From Okamejei kenojei (Eukaryota), in the NCBI GenBank assembly GCA_035221665.1, contig CM069141.1, positions 46,934,001 to 46,998,000 of the forward strand: a stretch of 64,000 nucleotides of DNA, given 5' to 3'. Shown here piece after piece: positions 22,671 through 33,138 of the stretch (within the stretch, counting starts at the first letter, position 1; every line of letters starts with the position of its first letter). A program made the position numbers and the translations under genes. The notes under the pieces are model-generated. The model did no database searches. It was not told the origin of the DNA and saw only the letters and a list, made by a program, of their open reading frames with translations.

Positions 22671-23289
22671 GGCAGATGCTGAACAATGTCAGATGCTGAA
22701 ATTGTGAGCGCAGCTGCCTGAAGGAACCTGATGAGTCGGGCAGCAACTGTGGAGAAAATGAGCCAGATGACGTTTGGTGACGAGCCTTAGTGACGACAGG
22801 GGAACAACCTTGTTGGTAGGAACAGAAGAGGGGAAGGCTCAGTACAAACAATATCAAGTGGTAGTTGCATCCAGTTGAGGAGGGAATTATTGGCAGTTGA
22901 TTCATGTAGAGGATAGCATAGGTTGAGGAATGGCAGGATCTCCATTCTTAGATGAATCGGAATGTCCTGATGTCATCCTGATGCGGAATGGACATGCAAC
23001 GCGACGTCATCCCTGGTAAAAATGAACATTGGCAAGCAATTTGCAAGTTGTTAAAGTGATGGAGAGCATGTTTGGCGAGATTGGAAGCACTAAACATGTT
23101 GGGCTGTATATGTAGGGAAAAGTAGCATTCTATTTTGAGAAACGGTCAGTTTGGCACATTGATGAAAAAGTGAAACCACTTTAGTTTGGAAGTAGCGGAA
23201 CGGGTGAGTATGAATGGAATAAATGTATTATGTCTGAAAGAGAGGAGTAAAAAGAGCGAAAGTAGTAGCGGGCGTAACTGAGGTTCAAA

Positions 23290-23990
23290 TTGTGCTTTTT
23301 GCTCTGTGTAGGGTACTTCTAACATGCCCAGCAATCATGAATGGATGTTTTCTTAGCATCTTCTCACTACCCACCCTCTTGCATGGAACAAGAACAGGGT
23401 TTCCTAATGTGTTATTTTCCACTCACAGGCTTTCATATTCAATGCAACTTGCATAAATTGAAACAAAATTCCGTCACTGAGTACATATTCCCCTTCCCTG
23501 CCTGTTTAGCAGTTCCATCGTATTATTCATTCATCAAAGTCGGTGCTAGTTATCTGACCCTAATGGCCACGCACCGTACTTTGGCAGTATCCCATGAAAC
23601 CACAAAACGAGTATCGTTCGTTCTTTTACCAATTCCCTTCCACCGTACGGAACCAAAAATCTTCCCGGAGAAGCAGCGATCTGCTTGCCCTTCTGTCAAT
23701 ATAATATCAGTATTTGGTCTTCCCAATGTGGTAACACGGTATTGAAGACACTGCAAGAGGATTGCGTCATTGGTTTGTAGAGCACGTGCGTACAGTCTGC
23801 AGGCATTAAACTGATTTATTTTCGTTTGCTTAACTGTTTCATTCACATTTCCACACTAGCTAACCACTTTGTCTCTGATTTCCAGCAATGTTGGAACACA
23901 TTATAAAGCAAAGGCGCAGACGTGGACAAAACAGCACCTCGTCTTCCAATTGAACAAGTTGCAATCTTCGAGAACTCGCCATTCTTGTCC
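23290..23990 (+). mobile_element. Degraded Penelope-like GIY-YIG fragment
   Basis: Loose similarity to 27790-28320 (...gattgcgtcattggtttgtagagcac..., cagcacctcgtcttcc). Confidence 0.4.
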
Positions 23991-26900
23991 GTTATCATTT
24001 CGGTTTAGTATTTTATTCTTGTTTGCAGAGGTGTAGATCATAGCAACAACCCACTCAGCACATCACATCTCAGCCGACCATCATGTTTACCTGTACAAAT
24101 TCCACTCTCGCGTAAATTCCTTATCCATCAATTCCCTACATATGCACATTTCCATGCAGTGCCATTTAAATATTTACCTCTTCCGGTCTCCACCACCTAC
24201 ACTGCAATCTCAATCCGCATGCTATATTCCCTTTTTCTGAAATGATTAGCCTTCTGGTCCACTCTAAACGCACTCCATCTGATCTTAAAACTTATCTTCT
24301 AGTTTTGGACCGCCCTACCATTGGAAATGGCTATTGGCCATCTACCCTATCCGAGCCGCTCATGATTCTATATATCTCTAACATTGGCACCGGCCAGCTG
24401 TAATCACACCGGTGAATACATTTCTCGCCTAAACAATCTCCCCGAATTACGTAAACCTTCTCATCCGGGCAACGTTCTATGGAGTGTGGCCTGCGACCTT
24501 TTTGGCCTAACCCAATTATTTATAATTTGTGCTTACCAGACGTGCATACGATAATTCAAATCCAGCCATATTGGCCATACACCACAGAAACAATGGATCA
24601 TAATTTGTCCCAACAGCCCCTCCAACCAATGTATATATTTATTTGGTCTTACCCTCAGAGAGATTCCTACTTTTTTTTCCTTTACTTCCCATCCTCACTC
24701 TTACTGAAAAAATAAGGTAATTGCATTATTTTATAGTTCCGATAAAGGAGCGAAGGCCAGAAGCGTTAATTGTATTTCTTTCGTAGGGTGATATTTGAAT
24801 CGGTGAGTGTTTTCAGCATTTTCAGTATTGTTGCACACGAAACGCCGTTGACCGCTTATCAGTTTGTTGCTTATATAAATAGCGATAGGAGCTTGCTTCT
24901 TGTTTGGTGGAAAGAACGATTCGTAATCTCACCTGTGGATTTTCTTGTTGATTTGGAATGTTTGTGTAGGTTAAAAACAATGATTCGGTTGATATTATTC
25001 TTATTATAATTAGATTTTCGCTAGTTTCGCGTGGTTCGGTCATTGTAAAACGTTTTTGTTTTGATGGAATATAAAACCCAGGGCTAACTTGATAATGGCG
25101 TCCAATAGACACCCAATTAACCATTTGGGGCATCAAAAATATTCAGAATATTTTCAACCAATGATGAACATGACCAATGCCATATTTGTGATTAATATCC
25201 TGTCTTCTACAACTTAAAGAACGTGTCCCATTTACACTTTGCCGGGATCATGTACGACGTTGAGCATCCACAGTTTACTGTAATAGCAGAAATGAAACTC
25301 GAATTGTCTTGAATAAAAGACAAGTACTTTGGGCCATCTTGTCAACTTTCGATGAAAAGGCATTTCATACGATAAATGTGGCACCAATAAATTAGTGTTA
25401 TCTAGGGCGCATTACATACGAGAAAAATAAATGCTGATTAATAGGTAATTGTACCCTTCAGTTGGAAATTGCTATAACGAAACAATAAGCGGGTTCGGTA
25501 TTACAACTGCGCAAGCCCAGGTCATGGGTCTATCTGGATAAACATTTTCGCCAGCTGAGCGACTGTGTGTGTACGGACCAGCGTATTCATTTCAATGGGA
25601 TTTATAAGTAAATGTATCAGTCACATATGTCAGCAGTAGGCCACCGCGTACTGCAGGCTGCACAAATCCACAATTATATCTATTTGAATTACTGACCCAA
25701 TACAGCACCAGCCTTGAAAACACAAGAATGCCTGGAACGAACCCGTCAATTAACAAATCCCTGGCATTAGGCTGAGTCACAGCCATTCAAATTTGATATT
25801 GATTTACATAAATTACAAGTTGTGGTCAACCAATTGCATCCCTATCAAAACAACCTTCCTGGATTGAAGGAAATGAGGAGAAAGTGCTGTGTGGGGGGTC
25901 GGTTGGAAAGTTCAGATTGGATTCGTACAGGCTGGTTAAACTTTCGAGATGGGTTGACTTAAATAAAGATGCTGTCGCTTTAACCTCTGGGGTTGGTTCC
26001 AGTCTGTCAGGGTACACAGTTGGGAGCTGAAGCCGGGTGACTGGGCGGTAAAGATTACAAGAATTTGCAGCCATTTGAACTACTGCCAAATTAGAGGCTT
26101 CACTCAGTAGTGGGTCGCAGCTCACCAGCTAATGGGATCTGTTCTTGCTCTCTTCAAAGGAGGCGCCACCCTCTCCAGAGAGTGGGCAAATGCGGAGCCA
26201 ACCCGTAACATGAGTGGGAGCATTTTCTCAGTCAGACTTTATCGACAGTTGGGGTGGGGGATCTGGGAAAGAGAGATAGAGAGAGAGCTGGCGATGTCGG
26301 TTTCATAACGACCCATTAAAATCCGCCCTTCGGCCACTTGGCAACCTGGGCTGATCTGATCTGCCCGATCCTAATGCAGAACCTCCACAAAACCATCAAG
26401 TTCGAGTTCAAGTTCGCGTTGATTGTCACTTAACCAAATAAGGATCAGTAAAATTTGAGTTACCATGCAACCAATCTAAGTGAAAAGAACACAATACACA
26501 CATAAAATAAATTTAAAATAAACATCCACCACAGTGGAATGAACATTCCTGGTTATGACGGAAGGCAATACAGTTCAGTCATCTTCCTCTGCACTTGCTG
26601 TTGCCGATGGTCGATGTCGAAGCCCTCTCATCGGGATGATTGAAACGCCGGTGTCGGGACGGATTGGAACAATCGAGCATCCGAGTCAGCCACTTCTTAC
26701 TGGAGACCAGGGCCGGATTTAGATGATGAGAGACCCGAAGCTGTTCCACATGTGAGGCCCCTCCCACCCCCACGACTAGAGGAAGATGGTCCACCAGATT
26801 GACACTGATTTGCAGCCGAGCGTGGCCAATGAGGTAAGGGGCTGGAAAGCTGCACTCTTTATTTATTTATTTATTGCTAGTGTCGAGTTATTGGCTTAAA

Positions 26901-27344
26901 ACACTCTTATTCTGAAATGGAGGGCAAGGAAAATTACTGAAGGGTTGTTTAGAGACTACAGTGCGTTGTGACAGCATATGTAAGAAAAGTCTATGAAACT
27001 GTCAAAAATATTATACACCTTGCAGGGCTCTCACTTAATTTTTGAGTTGCCAAATGACAGTTTAGGTGGTCATTTAAAATGGCTTGCATGAAGTGTGTGA
27101 TAATGTGCTCGGACGAAATGCGAAGCTACCAGTCCGAACTATGCTCAATGAAGCATTCACATTATTTCTGCTTCAAATAAAGTCACAAACTAAACATATT
27201 CACCAATTAAGACATGATATATACAATGACATGCATCAAAATTATAATACAGTATCTCAACTCTTTTTACACGTTGCAATGAATGCAATTTCTATTATTT
27301 TTTTCCATTTCCAAACAAAAATGTGGTTGGCTTATTCAGCATAT

Positions 27345-28505
27345 GATCAACCTCGGTGAGACCAAGCGCAGGCTTGGTGATCGCTTCGCGCAACACCTCC
27401 ACTCAGTTCGCAATCGCCAACCTGACCTCCCTGTGGCTCAACACTTCAACTCCCCCTCCCATTCCGAATCTGACCTTTATGTCCTGAGCCTCCTCCATGG
27501 CCAGAGTGAGGCCCACTGCATATTGGAGGTGCAGCACCTCATATTTGCTTGGGTAGTTTACAACCCAGCGTTATGAACATTGGCTTCTCTAATTTCAGGT
27601 TGTCCTTGCTTCCTCCCTCCTTCTCCTCCCATTCCCAGCTCTCCCACAGCCAACTGTCTCCAACGCGTCCTATTTTTTCGTGCATCCCCCCACGACATCA
27701 ATCTGAAGAAGGGTCTCGACCGAAAACATCGTATTAATTTGCTCCATAGATGCTGCATTAGCCGCTGATTTTCTCCAACTTTTTTGTTTACCAATGGGAT
27801 CTCACAAACTAGCCACATCTTCCCATCTCCTCCCCTGTTGGCTTTCCACAGAGACCGCTCCCTCCGTAACTCCCTGATCAATTCGTCCCTTCCCACCCAA
27901 ACCATCCCCTCTCCTGGCACTTTCCCTTGCAACCGCCGGAAATGCTACACTTGTCGCTTTACCTCCCCCCTTGACTCAATTCAAAGACCCATTCAGTCTT
28001 TCCAGGTGCGGCAGAGGTTCACCTGCACCTCCTGCAACCGCATCTATTGCATCCACTGCTCTAGATGTCAGTAGCTCTCGATTGGTGAGACGAAGCATAG
28101 ACTTGGTGATTGCTTCGCCCAACACCTCCGCTTGGTCCGCAATAACCAACCTGATCTCCCGGTGGCTCACCACTTCTACTCCCCCTCACATTCCAAATTC
28201 GACCTTTCTGTCCTGGGCCTCTACCATGGCCAGAGTGAGGCCCACCATAAATTGGAGGAGCAACACGTCATATATTGCTTGGGCAGTTTACACCCCAGCA
28301 GTAAGAACATTGACATTCAATTTCAGGCATCCCTGCTTTCTCCTTCCCTTCCCAGCTCTCCCTCAGCCCACTGTCTCTGCCTCTTCATTTCTTCTTCCCG
28401 TCCCCCCACCCTCACATCAGTCTGAAGAAGGGTCACGACCTGAAACGTCGCCTATTTCCTTTGCTCCATAGATGCTGCCTCACCCGTTGAGTTTCTCCAA
28501 TATTT
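27345..28505 (+). mobile_element. Penelope-like element, tandem partial copies (GIY-YIG endonuclease end + pLTR, twice)
   Basis: GETKRRLGDRFAQHL...PVAQHFNSPSHS..DL.VL.L.HGQSEAH.KLEEQH.I..LGSL.P appears twice, each followed by ctgaagaagggtc..gacc.gaaac. Confidence 0.8.
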
Positions 28506-28529
28506 TTGCTACCCATTCAAACAAGTTCT

Positions 28530-28732
28530 GTTATCCCACTTTCCTCACCCACTCCCTACACATTAGGGGCACTTTTACAGAGACAAGTTAACCTACACAG
28601 CCAATGCATCTTTAGGATGTGGGAGGAAACACACACGGGGAGAATGTGTAAATTCAACACAGACAGTGCCCAAGGACAGGATCGAACACAGATCTCTGGC
28701 GTGTGAGGCAGCGTCTACCAGCTGTGCCACTA
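28530..28732 (-). mobile_element. tRNA-derived V-SINE (HE1-like)
   Basis: Reverse complement reads gtggcacagctggtag.cgctgcctcac.cgccagaga...gttcgatcc (A/B boxes), then a V-domain-like gtttcctcccacatcc.aaaga. Confidence 0.7.
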
Positions 28733-28879
28733 TATTTTGTTTTCCAGCACACAAACAATTATACGTTGATAACGTTGGTTACTAACAACATGAAAATATC
28801 AATTTTCAGTCTTAAATCTCCAAGTGACGCTATGTCCCCATTTACAGCTACTGTATGATTTAATTAAGTTCAAGACTAT

Positions 28880-29040
28880 GTGGCAGTACATTGACCATAA
28901 AGTTGCTGCCTAAAAGTGCCAGAGACCAGCAATTGATCCTGAATATTTGTGCTGTCTGTACGGAGTTTGCTCCTTTTCCCTTTGATCGCATGGGTTTTCT
29001 CCGGGTGCTCTTGTTTCCTTCCACATTCCAAAGGTGTGCA
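28880..29040 (+). mobile_element. V-SINE (HE1-like) 5' part
   Basis: Decayed tRNA head followed by gctgtctgtacggagtttg...gggttttctccgggtgctc..gtttccttccacattccaaag. Confidence 0.65.
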
Positions 29041-29257
29041 TGAACCTATTTCAGACCCAACCCAAAACGTAATATTTTCCTTTTGTCCAGAGATTCTGTC
29101 TGGCCTGTTGAGTTACTCCAGCTTTTTGTGTCTATTTTCCGTTTAAACCGGCATCTGCAGTTCCTTCCTACACACACAATACCATACGATAGAACTTTAT
29201 TAATCCCAGGAGGGAAATTGTGTGTGTGTATTAGTGAATAGCGTGTGAATAATATTC

Positions 29258-29420
29258 NNNNNNNNNNNNNNNNNNNNNNNNNNNNNNNNNNNNNNNNNNN
29301 NNNNNNNNNNNNNNNNNNNNNNNNNNNNNNNNNNNNNNNNNNNNNNNNNNNNNNNNNNNNNNNNNNNNNNNNNNNNNNNNNNNNNNNNNNNNNNNNNNNN
29401 NNNNNNNNNNNNNNNNNNNN
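29258..29420. other. Assembly gap (N run)
   Basis: 163 Ns. Confidence 1.
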
Positions 29421-29806
29421 CGCATTTATACAATTATTTACAGAGTACTATGTTTAAATATTCTGTTGTGCTGCTGCAAGTAAGGAGATCATTGTTCAAA
29501 CTGGGACATGATAGAATAAAACACTCTTGGCTTACTCCACTAATGTGTGGGATAGAAGTAGTGTACGGGCGATCGGTGGTCGGCGTGGACTCGGTGGGCC
29601 AAAGGGCTTGTTTCCATGCTGTATCTTTAAATTAAACTAAAAACAATAAAACAAGAGGGAGGCTAAAGAAGGGTTTCTACCCGAAACGTCACCCAATTTC
29701 TTCTATCCAGAGTTGCTGGCTGCTCCGTGGAGTTCCCCCTCATAATTAAAGCATGGAATAGTCTTCACTCTAGTTACCCAACCAGACGCAACTAAATTTA
29801 AGGTAG

Positions 29807-29992
29807 TAACGAAGAAACTGCAGATGCTGGAGAATCGAGGGTTACACAAAAAGCTGGAGAAACTCAGCGGGTGCAGCAGCATCTAAGAGGCGAAGGAGAT
29901 AGGCGACGTTTCGGGTCGAGACCCTTCTTATCTCCTTCGCCTCTTAGATGCTGCTGCACCCGCTGAGTTTCTCCAGCTTTTTGTGTAACCCT
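29807..29992. mobile_element. Penelope pLTR-derived fold-back insertion with 15-bp flanking direct repeat
   Basis: Perfect 64-bp arms 29838-29901 / 29929-29992. ctaaatttaaggtag at 29792-29806 and 29991-30005. Confidence 0.85.
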
Positions 29993-30188
29993 AAATTTAA
30001 GGTAGCTCTTTTTCCCCAAGAACCCTTTTTTGCTTAAGTCTAAGCCAAGAGTCAAGAGAGTTTTATTGTCATATGTCCCAGATAGGACAATGAAATTCTT
30101 GCTTGCTGCACCACAACAGAATATGTAAACATAATACAGAACAGGAGATAAAAGTTCAGTGTGTTTATATACCATAGACCATATATAT

Positions 30189-31218
30189 AGCAATGTTACA
30201 AAATTTTGAGATTTAAAAAATCAAGTCTGCAATTTATCCCATCAGATAAAGCATAAAAAGAAGTTTAATTTGACACCCAATTCACTTTCATATCTTCAGT
30301 ATTAAAAAAGTTATGGCCATTTTAATACTCGGAAATTAGCATCTTGTTCCCCATTGCCTTTCTATTGACTTAACTCAAAAGCTGTGATCTAGAACAGTCA
30401 AAAGCCCATAACTCTCTTAAAAATTAAGATAACTCAATGAAATGTTCAGTTATTATAGATTGAAGCATTCTGAAACAAATATGAAACAATCTCACTTGGA
30501 TGACCTGAAATTAAAGCATATCATTAGTTAGTTATCTAATTGTAGCTAATTACAACATTCAATTACATCTAAACATCTATCCACTTCTTAAGAAAAGAAA
30601 AACTTTTTTAAATTGCCTAAGTGTCCAAATAACATTCACACAATAATCTACAATATAACATGATTTTTAAATCTCATTTTCATGAATTTATAGGCCAAAT
30701 GGAAGGAATTTAGTGTTTAATGCCTGTCAATTAATGGCCATTTAAATCAACTTGCGAGTGGGTTTTAGTGGAATGCGCTGGATTGGAACGTTGCGGTTTG
30801 CGCTGAGTTTAACCCACAGTCGGTATGAAAAATACAGCCGGTTCATACATTTTTTTGTCCCCTTTTCGCAACATGAAAATTTGATTAAATGCTTCCTAAG
30901 AACCACGTTTTTATGTAAAAATAAACTCTGTACCTTATTTTATCGCATACGTTAGGTCCGTTCTGCTGTCGGCGTTCAGAAGATGATTTTTAAACTACTC
31001 TAGTTAATAAATAATCTAGCGTAGTTTAAAAATAGCTTCATGAATGCAACGTCGGAGCGATTTCTCTTTAGCGACGAAATCGCCCGACATGGATCGATTT
31101 GGACTGTCTGGGGAAAAACGGCATTTTAAACCCGCCCCCCTCTGAAAGGCGCCAAAGTCACGCACACGGGGAGCGGCAGAACTGCAGCGCCGCTCAAGGT
31201 AGGTATTGTAACATACCT
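30189..31218. mobile_element. Non-autonomous TIR DNA transposon (AG...CT termini; possibly Kolobok-like) inserted in a (TA)n tract
   Basis: agcaatgttacaa (30189-30201) / ttgtaacatacct (31206-31218), 11/13 match; (TA)n on both sides. Superfamily assignment is tentative. Confidence 0.6.
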
Positions 31219-33138
31219 AATATATATATACAATAAATAAACATATAAAATGCAATAGTCTGATATTGTTCAACCCTCCACCACCTCCAGTTTAAATTCC
31301 ATTTAGAATATTTACAGGGAGGACCAGGAAACCAGAAGCAAGAGTTACTGCAGGGAGTTACTCCAGATCCAGGGTCAGGGAGTGATTCAGCATTGGTTTG
31401 CAGCGGTCGCAGCGAGGCAGCGATGGGAGAGCAATGGCGGCCATATCTCCCAAAATTCAAAGCGAGGTAGAAAGTGCCCAGCGCCGACTAGTTGCCGTGG
31501 CAATGCGTATGCGCATGGCGGCCGATGATGGCTGGGAGACAATCTGTGGTTGTGCGCATGTGCAGGGAGGAGGATGAGTTGGCCGTAGCAGTGCACATGT
31601 GCAAGGCAGCCTGCCGTGCCAGAGAGAGAGAGAGAGAGAGAGAGATAGAGGGGCGTGGCCCGGCCAGAGTTGAATGGAAGGTGTCCTACCTTGGCCGAAG
31701 GCTGCCTAGATTTTGACGCCCTAGGATTCAGCCTATGAAGCCTAGTGGTAAATCCGGCTCTGCGAGCCCCCCCCCCCCCCCCCTAGATCTCGAGGCCCTA
31801 AACTTAAGCTTGTCAAGCTTATTCGTAAATCCGGCCCTGCCGGAGACCGTGGGCTTCGCAGTGTTAAAGTCCACAGGCCCCGTGAACGGAGCTCTTCTTC
31901 TGGCGATCCACGGCTCCACGCTGTTAAGCACGCGCCGCGACTTGAAACTCCGGGCAGGTCTCCAGGAAAGGCCGCGCCACTCCACGTTGTCAGGCCGCAA
32001 AAGGGACGCGGAGATGCAACATGGAGAAAATCACATCTCCATTGAGGTAAGTGACTGAAAAAAAGTGGGCTTCGGGTAACACCTGCATAAAGAGCCTCTG
32101 TTAACAAGGGCTGGCAAACTGTGCTGGTTAACTTACACTGGGCGAGATGCACCGCAACCACCGCAAACTTGGAACAGCACAGACCCTCCACCCAATCTAT
32201 CCAATAATGAAGGGCAGTCATTTCGCAGGTAAATGTCTTATATCGGATTGGCGGCTCCTTCACAGGACCAACCCCGTACTCAGTTTTCCTCGGAGATGAA
32301 TCTTTGCCTTAACGGTACATTCACACCACCTGGAAATAAGGCATCAGCCCACATCACACTGATACAGTCGCTGCCTGCCTCAGATTAAATATATTTTTAC
32401 ATATAAATTATGAATAAAGATAATAAAATATTTCAAACACAAGTACTATTTTCTTATTCCAGTGGCAAACACATTAAGGATTCAATGAAAATAATAAATT
32501 CTTTAACTTTTGGAATATCTCACATTTGCAGATTAATGAACTGAACTAGAACTGGGACTGTGGAAGTAGTGTGTGAACAGCAGAACAAGAAAGGAGGCTG
32601 TTGGGTTGACAGAATTCTAGATTACTTCCTTGGTAGAATAGTTCACAATTTATACAGTTTATACAGCGCTGCGTTCGCTTTTAAAACAATCCCGAATGAC
32701 CTTTGACAAATCTCATAATTCCTTGCGTTTATCAAAATACCGAACTCGCTTATTGGAAAGAGAGAAAAATGAAACAGAATTTCAAGATAAATACCAATTC
32801 AAAAATTCACCAAATTTCCCGCGCTACACCTCACACCAATTTACTATGATTCCCATAATACCCATCGGTGTCTGCTGGATTATGTACTTGTGAACCGGCT
32901 GCACAACAACAGCAGCCCACCTGACTCGTGCCTGTGTCAATAAATTCGGCTTGATTTGGACGTGATGAAACGTTTCTCCAAGAATCACCCTGCAAACAGG
33001 AATATTTGGGCAATTGAAATTGGCCAATCGAAAGCGTTATGTTCGAAAACTCCTTCTCCAATATCAAGAAATGGTTTGATTACGGACGTTTGATATCCGG
33101 GGAAATTGGTCATTCTATTCCCGAGGAAATGCAACAAG

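Larger units (their letters stand above)
26708..31839. mobile_element. hAT-type non-autonomous DNA transposon (5.1 kb with nested insertions; spans an N gap)
   Basis: Perfect 14-bp TIRs cagggccggattta (26708-26721) / taaatccggccctg (31826-31839). 8-bp TSD ctggagac / ccggagac (one CpG-type change). No transposase seen. Confidence 0.75.
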
